NCBI GenBank assembly: GCA_964355075.1
Contig: CAYHCF010000004.1
Coordinates: forward strand, 78,028-142,027
DNA: 64,000 bases
Source: an uncultured Chitinophaga sp.
Lineage (GTDB): Bacteria > Bacteroidota > Bacteroidia > UKL13-3
Direction: 5' to 3'
This document shows, one piece after another, positions 45,828 through 55,095 of this stretch. Each line of letters starts with the position of its first letter. Position 1 is the first letter of the stretch. The notes below the pieces were generated by a model. It did not search any database. It worked only from the letters and a program-made list of their open reading frames with translations, and was not told the origin of the DNA. A program made the position numbers and the translations under genes.

Positions 45828-45962
45828 ATTTGATGCAGCCTTTTGGCAATTTTATAGTCTTTTTTATATCTTGCTCCTCAAACGCATTGATTTTATTAGC
45901 CCGGATTTCATTGGTAAAGAGGATGATATTTAAAAAGAACACCCAACAATATTGATAATTTT

Positions 45963-46853
45963 ATGAAAAAAACAGGATTGATTTTTCTGCTTATTTTTGG
46001 TTCAGTCGTAATAAGTAGTGCACAGGTTAAAAAGACAGCTAAGCCAAAAGCGCCCATACACAAAACCGTAATGGCAAAATCGGTACCGGCAACTCCGGGA
46101 CTACAAAAAGAGCAAAGAGTTGAAGTTACGACCGATTTCGGTATCATCATTTTAAAACTCTATAACCAGACTCCTTTACACCGTGATAATTTCGTAAAGT
46201 TGGTAAAACAGGGATTTTATGATAGTTTGTTGTTTCACCGGGTAATTAAGTCGTTTATGATTCAGGGAGGAGATCCCACTTCTAAACGGGCGGATTCAAC
46301 TATGATGCTGGGCAGTGGTGACGTAGGTTATTTAGTTCCTGCAGAATTTAATCCGGCCCTCTTCCATAAAAGAGGGGCCTTGGCAGCAGCCCGTGATAAC
46401 AATCCACAAAAGGCTTCGAGTGGTTGCCAATTTTATATTGTGCAGGGAAAAACATTCACGACCAAAGAAATTGAGGATATCATAAATAACAGAAACATGA
46501 ATCGTCAAAAGGAGATTCTTTACGAATTATATCAATCGGATACGGTAAAGGCTACCCTTAATGCATTACAAAATTCAGGTGTGAAGGAGGCTGTAAGATC
46601 TTATGTGGAGAAATTGCAACCCATTGCCGAAAATGAATACAAGCGACGTTATCCAAATGCAACCCGGGTAAATGCCGATCAAGTAGATGTCTATGTAAAT
46701 TATGGCGGGGCACCGCATCTGGATGGAGAATATACTGTATTCGGAGAGATTGAAAGCGGCTGGGATGTAGTAGATAAAATTGCCTCCATGCCGGTGAGAT
46801 CATCCGATAACAGACCCAATCAAGATATTCGTATGAAAATGCGACTCCTTTAG
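45963..46853 (+). CDS. cyclophilin-type peptidylprolyl isomerase (secreted)
   Basis: Signal peptide and the cyclophilin signature FHRVIKSFMIQGGDP. Confidence 0.9.
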   Translation: MKKTGLIFLLIFGSVVISSAQVKKTAKPKAPIHKTVMAKSVPATPGLQKEQRVEVTTDFGIIILKLYNQTPLHRDNFVKLVKQGFYDSLLFHRVIKSFMIQGGDPTSKRADSTMMLGSGDVGYLVPAEFNPALFHKRGALAAARDNNPQKASSGCQFYIVQGKTFTTKEIEDIINNRNMNRQKEILYELYQSDTVKATLNALQNSGVKEAVRSYVEKLQPIAENEYKRRYPNATRVNADQVDVYVNYGGAPHLDGEYTVFGEIESGWDVVDKIASMPVRSSDNRPNQDIRMKMRLL

Positions 46854-49360
46854 TGAAAATAATTGCTTATATATTTTTTAGTTTTTTACCTTTTCTTTCT
46901 TTGGCTCAAACCGAAATCACGACGGTTACAGGAAAGATTCAGGATAAAAACACAAAAGAGGCCTTACCCTATGTAAGCATTGGTTTTAAAGGTTTTTCTG
47001 TTGGCACAACCTCCGACTTTGAAGGAAGGTTTAAAATCAGCTCCAATCAAAAAGTTGACACCCTAATTTTCACTTATGTAGGTTATAAACGCTTATCCAA
47101 AAAAATCTCATCCGGTATCAATCAGGACCTGTTGGTTGAAATGCAGGATCAATCTATGGAAATGGGAGAAATAGTGATTAATCCGGGGCTTAATCCTGCT
47201 TTGCGAATCATAGATAATGCCCGAAAAAACCGAAAGGCAAACAGCCAGGATAACTTAGAATCCTACCAATATGATTCTTATAGCAAAGTGAATATTTCAC
47301 TCTCGAATATTTCTGACGAGATGAAGAATAATGTTGTTTTTAAGCCATTAAGTTCGTTGTTCGACACCGTTCACCAAATGCGTAACGATGAGGGAAAACA
47401 TGTTTTGCCGACTTTTGTAAGTGAGACTTTTTCGAAAACCTATTTTCAAAAATCACCGGCCAGATCCAAAGAAGAAATTCTTGGAAGCAAGTACTCGGGT
47501 ATTGGAATTGAGGCAAATTCTTACCTGACCGATTTGATGGGTGGACAGTTTCACCATTACAATTTATCTAATAATTATGTACGGATTTTTCATAAGGATT
47601 TTGTAACGCCGATTGCTGATGCAGCTCATTTTTATTATATCTTTACCCTCCTCGATTCGAGTGAAATTGATGGGATCAAGTGTTATAAAATCCAAGTGAA
47701 TTTAAAAAACAAACAAGACCTAGGTTTTGAGGGTATCATATGGATTGCCGATAGTTCATTCTCGCTGAAGCGGGTAAACCTGGAAGTGGGTAAAAGCGCC
47801 AATCTGAATTTTTTAAACCGTATCAAAATTCAACAGGAACTAACACCAAGTGGCAAGGGCCCCTGGATAACATCTAAAAGCAGGGTAACACTGGATTTTG
47901 ACCGCTTCAAAAAAGATGGCTTTGGAATGATTGCCGGTTTATACAATTCCTATACACATATTGAAACAAATGTAAAATTTCCCGCTAAATTTTTTGATGT
48001 CAACCTGATCACCCGGGAGGATGCTTTTAACAAGGATAGTGCTTATTGGCTGGATAAAAGAACAGAAGAACTGAGTTCAATTGAAAAGGAAATGTTTAAC
48101 AAAGTAGATTCAGTGAACAGGCTTCCCATTGTGATAACCTATGTAGATCTGATTTACACCGTATTTGAAGGTTTTAAAAGAATCGGTAAATTAGACTGGG
48201 GTCCCTATTTGTATTTGTTCGGGTATAATCAAATTGAGGGATTTAGAATGCGCATTGGTTTCAAAACCAACTATGATTTTAGTAAAAATTGGGTCTGCAA
48301 GGCTTCTTTGGCATATGGTTTCAAAGATGAGAAAATAAAATACAGTGTAGGATTTGATTACGTTTTTGACCCAAAAAAATGGTCAGTTGCCTCTATTCGT
48401 TACCGTGATGACAACGATATATTGGGTATTACGAATTCGCCCATCAGCTCATCCATGGGAAGCACCTTTTTTCAGTTTGCTAATTTCTTTGGATCCAAGA
48501 CGAGGATCAACCATACCCGTGAGATTAACCTGAGTTATACAAAAACTTTTTCAAATTACTGGACCTTAAAATTATTATTCGACAATAGATATTTTACACC
48601 TATTGGTAATTTTATATTCGTTTATCCGGGCAGAGATTCACCTGGTTCATTAAGCAGTTCTTTTACCAGCAGTCAGTTTGGTATTGAAGCAAGGTGGGCA
48701 TTTAATGAGGTTGTGATATCAAGGGGGCATGACCGTATCCTGTTTCAACAATCTAAATTACCGGTTATTACTTTTAGTTATTTAAGAGGAGTAAAAGGAT
48801 TTTTAAACGCCGATTTCAACTATGATAAATTAGGCTTCACGGTTTCTCAGCATTCAAATACGGGAATTTTTGGTACGGCTGACTGGTATATGTACGGAGG
48901 AAAAACGTTTGGCACCCTGCCCTATCCTTTATTAGATGTGGCCAGAGGAAACGGAAGCATCGTTTACAGTACTTATAATTACAGCTTAATGAATTATTAT
49001 GAGTTTATAAGCGATGCCTATATTCATGCAGCCTATACGCAGCGATTGGAAGGTCTTTTGCTGAATAAAATTCCTTTCATTAAAAGCTTAAAGCTCCGAA
49101 ATGCTTTTATGCTTAAGGCTGCCTATGGAAGCATAAGTAAAGCCAATAAAGATTTATTCGAAAGTAATAAAACAGATGCAAATGGAAATCCGGTTTCCGC
49201 CGTTCATTTTTTCGATAAAGATCCCTATGTGGAGGTAGGTTACAGCATTGAAAACATTTTTAGATTTATGTCAATCGGTTACGTGCAACGACTTACCTAT
49301 CTTTCATTGCCAGATGTAAGACGTAATGGGTTCAATATAGGTTTTCGTATACAGTTCTAG
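46853..49360 (+). CDS. CarboxypepD_reg-like domain protein with a large beta-rich C-terminal region (DUF5686-like, from memory)
   Basis: Signal peptide, then VTGKIQDKNTKEALPYVSIGFKGFSVGTTSDFEGRFKI. The GTG start overlaps the upstream stop by 1 nt. Ends RIQF. Confidence 0.7.
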   Translation: MKIIAYIFFSFLPFLSLAQTEITTVTGKIQDKNTKEALPYVSIGFKGFSVGTTSDFEGRFKISSNQKVDTLIFTYVGYKRLSKKISSGINQDLLVEMQDQSMEMGEIVINPGLNPALRIIDNARKNRKANSQDNLESYQYDSYSKVNISLSNISDEMKNNVVFKPLSSLFDTVHQMRNDEGKHVLPTFVSETFSKTYFQKSPARSKEEILGSKYSGIGIEANSYLTDLMGGQFHHYNLSNNYVRIFHKDFVTPIADAAHFYYIFTLLDSSEIDGIKCYKIQVNLKNKQDLGFEGIIWIADSSFSLKRVNLEVGKSANLNFLNRIKIQQELTPSGKGPWITSKSRVTLDFDRFKKDGFGMIAGLYNSYTHIETNVKFPAKFFDVNLITREDAFNKDSAYWLDKRTEELSSIEKEMFNKVDSVNRLPIVITYVDLIYTVFEGFKRIGKLDWGPYLYLFGYNQIEGFRMRIGFKTNYDFSKNWVCKASLAYGFKDEKIKYSVGFDYVFDPKKWSVASIRYRDDNDILGITNSPISSSMGSTFFQFANFFGSKTRINHTREINLSYTKTFSNYWTLKLLFDNRYFTPIGNFIFVYPGRDSPGSLSSSFTSSQFGIEARWAFNEVVISRGHDRILFQQSKLPVITFSYLRGVKGFLNADFNYDKLGFTVSQHSNTGIFGTADWYMYGGKTFGTLPYPLLDVARGNGSIVYSTYNYSLMNYYEFISDAYIHAAYTQRLEGLLLNKIPFIKSLKLRNAFMLKAAYGSISKANKDLFESNKTDANGNPVSAVHFFDKDPYVEVGYSIENIFRFMSIGYVQRLTYLSLPDVRRNGFNIGFRIQF

Positions 49361-49437
49361 TTCTATTGTTAATTTCTAACATAATTGCTTTGAAAAATAT
49401 TGGTTAATATTGAACCCAATAGCCCAAAAAATAAAGA

Positions 49438-51138
49438 GTGCAACAACACGTATTTACCATTTCAAAAATATGCAGCAACTTTGGTATTGAACATGCTGTT
49501 ATTTGCCCGGGTAGTAGGTCGGCGCCTCTTGTATTCGCATTTACTCAAAATAAAAAAATAAAATGCCATTCAGCCATAGATGAGCGCAGTGCTGGTTTTA
49601 TGGCATTGGGTATGGCGCAGCAATTATTAAAGCCGGTGGTTCTCGTTTGCACATCCGGTACAGCGGTCCTTAATTTTTTTCCGGCTGTAGCCGAAGCTTT
49701 TTATCAAAAAATCCCTTTATTAATTTTATCCGCCGACCGTCCTCCAGAGCAACTTAATCAACAGGATGGCCAAATGATTATGCAAAAGGGCGTTTTTGGA
49801 AAACACGTATTAGCCAGTCATGAATTGTTGTGCTTTGAGGAAGATAAAGTTGATTTTAAACTTACCGAACGAATTGTAAATTCTGCTTTGTATGAGTGTA
49901 TACATCCGGCAGGGTTTGGTCCGGTACACATCAATGTTCCTTTACGGGAGCCCTTATATGACCTTCAAAGCAATTTGCCTATACCCAAATTACATTTTTC
50001 AAAAGAACATCAATTGCCCCCAATACCCTTGCCGGCAAAACAACTGGATTCGATGGTGCTTGCCTGGAAACAAAGCAAGAAGAGGATGATTTTGGTTGGG
50101 CAAATGCCGGTATCTAAAAACTTGCATCACTTATTAAATTCTTGCATCAATCAGGATGATGTGGTGGTTCTGGCCGATGTGGTTTCTAACCAACATGAAA
50201 CCAGCAATGTGAAGTTGTTTGATGCCATAATTGAATATCATTCCTGGGAGGATATTAAGGATTTAGAACCAGATTTTATTCTTTCTATTGGTGGCCCAAT
50301 GGTTTCAAAATCTTTGAAGAACTGGCTTAAAACACAACATCCTACTTTCCATTGCCGTATTCAACGATCCTACAATATTATTGATACCTATAACAATGTA
50401 ACAAATTTTGTAGTATCGAATGAACTGGACTTTCTGGAAGCATTTGTTTCAGTAAACCGATTTAAGCAAACCAGTTCAAAACCGTATGCATCGGAATGGA
50501 AAATGCATAATCGCAAAACAGAAGCGCTATTAAAAGATTTTGTGAAAAAGCCTATCTGGTCTGAACCCATTGTATTGCATCATTTGTTGAAGTTTATTCC
50601 TGAAAACACGCAATTGCAATTGGCTAACAGTTCGGTTGTCAGATTTGTGAGCTCACTGGGGCTACCGCTCAAAGCACTGCATGTTTTTGGAAACCGGGGT
50701 ACCAATGGTATTGACGGAGTGGTTTCAACGGCATTGGGTTCTGCCAGAGTTTTGCCTCATGTTATCGTTACGCTTATTACCGGTGATCTCTCCCTCTTTT
50801 ATGATCGCAATGCATTTTGGCAAAAGGAATTACCCCCAAATTTAAAAGTCATTGTGATGAATAATTTCGGTGGGCGAATTTTTGAGTGGATTGAAGGGCC
50901 ATCTCTTCATGCGGATGATTTACATTTTTTTACTACCGAACACCACCACAGCGTAAAATTATTGGCTGAGCAAAATGGTTTGAATTATTTCAGCTGTTCA
51001 AATTTCTATGATTTAGAATCCACCCTCAGTCAATTTTATGAGCCTCAAAATTCAGTCGCTATTCTTGAACTCGCTTTCAGAACCCGCGAAAATATTGAAA
51101 CCATAAAGGAATTTAAAAACATGGAAGTCAATTCCTAA
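49438..51138 (+). CDS. menD: 2-succinyl-5-enolpyruvyl-6-hydroxy-3-cyclohexene-1-carboxylate synthase
   Basis: VICPGSRSAPL block and a TPP-binding region (ITGDLSLFYDRNAF ... VMNNFGGRIF). 566 aa, GTG start. Confidence 0.9.
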   Translation: MQQHVFTISKICSNFGIEHAVICPGSRSAPLVFAFTQNKKIKCHSAIDERSAGFMALGMAQQLLKPVVLVCTSGTAVLNFFPAVAEAFYQKIPLLILSADRPPEQLNQQDGQMIMQKGVFGKHVLASHELLCFEEDKVDFKLTERIVNSALYECIHPAGFGPVHINVPLREPLYDLQSNLPIPKLHFSKEHQLPPIPLPAKQLDSMVLAWKQSKKRMILVGQMPVSKNLHHLLNSCINQDDVVVLADVVSNQHETSNVKLFDAIIEYHSWEDIKDLEPDFILSIGGPMVSKSLKNWLKTQHPTFHCRIQRSYNIIDTYNNVTNFVVSNELDFLEAFVSVNRFKQTSSKPYASEWKMHNRKTEALLKDFVKKPIWSEPIVLHHLLKFIPENTQLQLANSSVVRFVSSLGLPLKALHVFGNRGTNGIDGVVSTALGSARVLPHVIVTLITGDLSLFYDRNAFWQKELPPNLKVIVMNNFGGRIFEWIEGPSLHADDLHFFTTEHHHSVKLLAEQNGLNYFSCSNFYDLESTLSQFYEPQNSVAILELAFRTRENIETIKEFKNMEVNS

Positions 51139-51287
51139 TAGTATTTAGATTCCAAATATCCATCTCCACAAATCAATCCGGTTTATTGGATAAGCAATAC
51201 AAACCATCTTATCTTAACCTTTCAAAATACATTCTCAATAATCCGGCAAAAAGGAAGGAGGATCATTTCATTATTGAATAATCGTGT

Positions 51288-51295
51288 TACATTTG
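51288..51295 (+). promoter_or_regulatory. -7 box candidate (TAcaTTTG) for menB
   Basis: Exact TAnnTTTG match, 29 nt upstream of the ATG at 51324. Confidence 0.35.
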
Positions 51296-51323
51296 CTGGC
51301 TTTTAAATTTAAAATCTTTCCTT

Positions 51324-52148
51324 ATGCAATCAAAATACACCTGGACTACCCTGAAAGAATACAAAGAAATACTGTATCAGTTTTATGACGGTATTGCCAA
51401 AATTAGTATTAACCGACCAGAAAAACACAACGCTTTTACCCCCTTAACGGTAAAGGAAATGAGCGAAGCCATGGAACTGGCTCGCCAGGATGAAAAAGTA
51501 TATTGTGTTATTTTGACCGGAGAAGGAGGACAGGCTTTTTGCAGCGGTGGTGATCAAAGTGTTCGCGGACATGGAGGTTATGTGGGAGCAGATGGCGTTC
51601 CCCGCTTAAATGTGTTGGATTTTCAAATGCAAATTCGCAGGATCCCCAAACCTGTTATTGCTATGGTGGCCGGGTATGCAATTGGTGGCGGACATGTTTT
51701 GCATGTGATTTGTGATTTAACCATTGCTGCTGAGAACGCTAAATTCGGACAAACCGGACCAAAAGTGGGTAGTTTTGATGGCGGTTTTGGCGCTGGTTAC
51801 CTCGCCCGTTTGGTTGGACAGAAGAAAGCGCGCGAAATCTGGTTCCTTTGCGATCAGTACAATGCACAGGAAGCTTTGGATATGGGTTTGGTAAATAAAG
51901 TGGTGCCTTTAAAAGACTTAGAAGATACCACCATTGCCTGGTGCCGCAAAATAATGGAAAAAAGTCCGATCGCTTTGCGCATGCTAAAGAGCTCCTTCAA
52001 CGCAGAGCTCGATGGACAAGCCGGTATACAAGAGCTCGCCGGAAATGCCACTTTGCTGTATTACCTGAGTGAAGAGGCAAAAGAGGGCAAAGATTCCTTC
52101 CTTGAAAAAAGGAAACCCGATTTTAAGAAATTTCCAAAGTTTCCATAA
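51324..52148 (+). CDS. menB: 1,4-dihydroxy-2-naphthoyl-CoA synthase
   Basis: Crotonase fold with MenB-type blocks ([34 protein letters not shown]). 274 aa. Confidence 0.95.
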   Translation: MQSKYTWTTLKEYKEILYQFYDGIAKISINRPEKHNAFTPLTVKEMSEAMELARQDEKVYCVILTGEGGQAFCSGGDQSVRGHGGYVGADGVPRLNVLDFQMQIRRIPKPVIAMVAGYAIGGGHVLHVICDLTIAAENAKFGQTGPKVGSFDGGFGAGYLARLVGQKKAREIWFLCDQYNAQEALDMGLVNKVVPLKDLEDTTIAWCRKIMEKSPIALRMLKSSFNAELDGQAGIQELAGNATLLYYLSEEAKEGKDSFLEKRKPDFKKFPKFP

Positions 52149-52206
52149 AAATCTTTTTCTGGCAATTCGGGAAAATGAACCTAACAGGAAAATAATTTTT
52201 ACACAC

Positions 52207-52764
52207 ATGAGCCTAAATGAGGAAATAAATCCCTGGCAAACACTGAGCGACAAAATTGTTTATGAAAATGCATGGATTGAATTGCATCATCGGGATGTGC
52301 TGAATCCAAATGGCAATCCCGGAATTTATGGTCTTGTTCACTTTAAACACTTAGCCATTGGGATCATTCCTTTAGATGAAAATAAGGATACCTGGATCGT
52401 GGGTCAATACCGCTATCCTTTAAAAAAATATAGCTGGGAGATCCCGGAAGGAGGAGGTAAAATTGGTGTGGATCCGATTGTGTCTGCCCAGCGTGAATTA
52501 TTGGAAGAAACGGGCATTGTTGCCCGGGACTGGCAAAAGTTAATTGAAATTCATTTGAGTAATTCGGCCACCGATGAACATGCCATCATTTACGTAGCGC
52601 GGGATTTATCTTTTACCAAAGCTCAACCTGAGGATTCAGAACAATTGAAATTAAAAAAAGTGCCTTTTGAGGAATTGTTTCAAATGGTGATGAACGGTGA
52701 AATTACCGATGCCATGACCGTTGCAGCAGTTCTTAAGTTGCAACTGCAATTATTAGATAGATGA
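52207..52764 (+). CDS. NUDIX hydrolase (ADP-ribose pyrophosphatase-like)
   Basis: Nudix box GGGKIGVDPIVSAQRELLEETGI. The ATG at 52207 avoids the 80-nt overlap with menB implied by the ORF-track start at 52069. Confidence 0.85.
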   Translation: MSLNEEINPWQTLSDKIVYENAWIELHHRDVLNPNGNPGIYGLVHFKHLAIGIIPLDENKDTWIVGQYRYPLKKYSWEIPEGGGKIGVDPIVSAQRELLEETGIVARDWQKLIEIHLSNSATDEHAIIYVARDLSFTKAQPEDSEQLKLKKVPFEELFQMVMNGEITDAMTVAAVLKLQLQLLDR

Positions 52765-52780
52765 GATTATAGACAGCCCC

Positions 52781-53308
52781 TTAATCCTCGTCGCTTTCTT
52801 TCTCTTCATTTTCTCCCTCTTTCGTCTGGCCGCTTGTTTCAGCCTGAGGTTTGATTAGGTTCATACTTTCATTCGCCCAGGCTATCAGGATAGAAGATTG
52901 TTCCGGTGTTAATACTGCATCGCGGTGAATGAGGGTATATGAAAATAATGGCATTTCACTGTCTTCAAGTTCCTCTTTCATTTTTTTGAATTTCTTCAAT
53001 TGCTTTTCAGCATCATAGGAAGCGAATTCAGAGAAATTTAACTCCTCTTTTCCTTCCTTTACGTGATTATCAGTCCAAAGACCTACCGGTTGAACGGAGG
53101 TGTACCAAGGGTAATTAGTATGATTACTGTGGCAATCAAAGCAACTTGTTCTTAAAATCTGCAGAACAGAATCTGAGACCGGAACCAGCTTTGTAATATC
53201 ACGGTCGGTAAGCGCCTCACTTTGGTTTTTTGAGGAAGGAATAAATTGGATCAATCCAAAAATCACCAATAAGGTAATAAGCACTTTTTTTAATAAATTG
53301 TTTTTCAT
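52781..53308 (-). CDS. haem-binding domain protein (CxxCH)
   Basis: Signal anchor. SCFDCHSNHTNYPWY ... LNFSEF matches the bacterial haem-binding domain family as I recall it. Acidic C-terminal tail. Confidence 0.7.
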   Translation of the reverse strand: MKNNLLKKVLITLLVIFGLIQFIPSSKNQSEALTDRDITKLVPVSDSVLQILRTSCFDCHSNHTNYPWYTSVQPVGLWTDNHVKEGKEELNFSEFASYDAEKQLKKFKKMKEELEDSEMPLFSYTLIHRDAVLTPEQSSILIAWANESMNLIKPQAETSGQTKEGENEEKESDED

Positions 53309-53402
53309 ATTCGCGTTGTAAAATAAAAATTATTTCATTCAGGATTTCATTGACAAAAACCAAATGAAAAGCGGATAAGCCTAAAGCCACTTAACTTTTC
53401 AC

Positions 53403-54449
53403 CTATTCCTGCCAATCGGCGATAAACAAATTTGTATCCCGCGTTCCGCCATTATTTCGGTTGCTGGAAAAGATCAGTTTTTTACCATCAAAAGAAAACA
53501 TAGGGAAGGCATTAAATAAACTCTCATTGGTAACACGTTCCAAACCTGTTCCATCCTCGTTCATCATATATAACTGAAAATCGTAGCCTTTTGCACTGTG
53601 GTGATTACTTGAGAAAATAATTTTTTTGCCGGAAGGATGGTAAAAGGGTGCCCAATTGGCTTTGCCCAAATGCGTTATTTGCTTTAAATCGCTGCCATCC
53701 ACATTGCAGGTATAAATTTCCATATTGGTAGGTGCCACCAGGCCCTGAGCCAACAAATCTTTATAATCTTTTATTTCCTCCTCGCCATTTAAACGGGAAG
53801 CTCTGAACACCAATTTTTTTCCATCGGGTGAAAAGAAAGCACCTCCATCATAACCAAGGCCAAAAGTGATTTGTTTTACGTTTTTACCATCCATATCCAT
53901 GGTATAAAGGTCGAGATCACCATTTCGGGTACTGGTAAATACTATTTTATCCCCTTTCGGACTAACGGTTGCTTCAGCATCATAACCTGGTTCAGTAGTC
54001 AGTTGTTTTATTATTTTGCCCTTTTCATCGGCAACAAAAAGATCAAAATCAGGATAAATTGCCCATAGATACCTTTTTGAAGGCGGAGGATTTGGAGGAC
54101 AATCCTTATTTCCTAAATGAGTTGATGCATATATGATTTGTTTGTTACCGGGCATATAATAGCTACAGGTTGTGCGACCCATACCCGTGCTGATTAGTGG
54201 TGGGCGAACACTGGTATCCATTTTACCTTTGCTAAGGTTCATCATAAAAATCTGATCACAATTTAAGCCCCAGGCTTTATAATTACTTTGAAAGCAGATT
54301 TTTTTGTTATCAAAACTCCAATACCCTTCGGCATTATCTCCGCCAAAAGTTATTTGTTTAAGATTTTTGAGGTGGGGTTCACTGTTTTGGGTATATCCCT
54401 GTTGCAGGAAAAAGATAAAGGCAATTGAGAAAAATACTTTTTTTGACAT
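53403..54449 (-). CDS. TolB-like PD40 beta-propeller protein (secreted)
   Basis: Signal peptide and repeated PD40 motifs (SPKGDKIVFTS, SPDGKKLVFRA, HPSGKKIIFSS, SFDGKKLIFSS). Confidence 0.8.
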   Translation of the reverse strand: MSKKVFFSIAFIFFLQQGYTQNSEPHLKNLKQITFGGDNAEGYWSFDNKKICFQSNYKAWGLNCDQIFMMNLSKGKMDTSVRPPLISTGMGRTTCSYYMPGNKQIIYASTHLGNKDCPPNPPPSKRYLWAIYPDFDLFVADEKGKIIKQLTTEPGYDAEATVSPKGDKIVFTSTRNGDLDLYTMDMDGKNVKQITFGLGYDGGAFFSPDGKKLVFRASRLNGEEEIKDYKDLLAQGLVAPTNMEIYTCNVDGSDLKQITHLGKANWAPFYHPSGKKIIFSSNHHSAKGYDFQLYMMNEDGTGLERVTNESLFNAFPMFSFDGKKLIFSSNRNNGGTRDTNLFIADWQE

Positions 54450-54512
54450 ACAAAAAGGGTTAATTATAATTTGCTTTTAATGCCAGGTTAATCTCCCGGT
54501 TTTCTACTTCGG

Positions 54513-54520
54513 CAAATGTA
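54513..54520 (-). promoter_or_regulatory. -7 box candidate (TAcaTTTG) upstream of the TolB-like gene
   Basis: The reverse complement of caaatgta matches TAnnTTTG, 64 nt upstream of the ATG at 54449. Confidence 0.3.
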
Positions 54521-54560
54521 GAATTATTTATTGATTTGATCCCTCTATCTGTCTTTTTTT

Positions 54561-54959
54561 TTAATCCGGTTCAGGGTTGTTTTTTCGCTCACACAGAAAA
54601 GCAATTTCATTTGGGAGTCGTTTTATTTCTGAATGGTAAAAAATATCATAGGCTCCCTGCATCGCCAATTTATAGTTTGTAGCAATGTTATATTCTGGAG
54701 CTAAAACCATCACCGGTATTTTCTCAGCAAACAAATTTACCAGTTCGAGAACTTTTCCGGCGTCAAAATTATCCATTGTCAGACCCGAAATAATTAAATC
54801 TGGTTTGTTGTATTTCAACTCATAATTAAGGTCGTGAACATTCTCTATGCGTCGCAAAAAATAAAAAACCGGACTCAATTTCATTATTTTCTCAACCATT
54901 TTGATAATGGTTGGATTTGTCTCCACCAATAAGACCTTAATTTCCCAAAATGAATTCAT
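54561..54959 (-). CDS. stand-alone receiver-like domain lacking the phospho-acceptor Asp (pseudo-receiver)
   Basis: CheY-like layout (KVLLVETNP ..., PDLIISGLTMDNFDAGKVLELV, PVMVLAPE). By-eye alignment puts Gly at the D57 position, Ala at T87 and no Lys at K109. Confidence 0.6.
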   Translation of the reverse strand: MNSFWEIKVLLVETNPTIIKMVEKIMKLSPVFYFLRRIENVHDLNYELKYNKPDLIISGLTMDNFDAGKVLELVNLFAEKIPVMVLAPEYNIATNYKLAMQGAYDIFYHSEIKRLPNEIAFLCERKNNPEPD

Positions 54960-55095
54960 TTTTCTTGATTTGAAGTAAAAGTTTAAGTTATCAATTTCTT
55001 AAATAAGCCTGTTTATCTAGGTTGCGCTTTAATGCTGAACCCGATAACCTGAACATATTTACTCAGTTAATTCAAATGAAGTGCCAGAAAGATAT

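Noticed and set aside
52069-52206. N-terminal extension of the NUDIX ORF that overlaps menB by 80 nt
   Set aside because: The extension is Lys/Arg-rich and reads through the menB 3' end. The ATG at 52207 gives a normal NUDIX N-terminus with no overlap.
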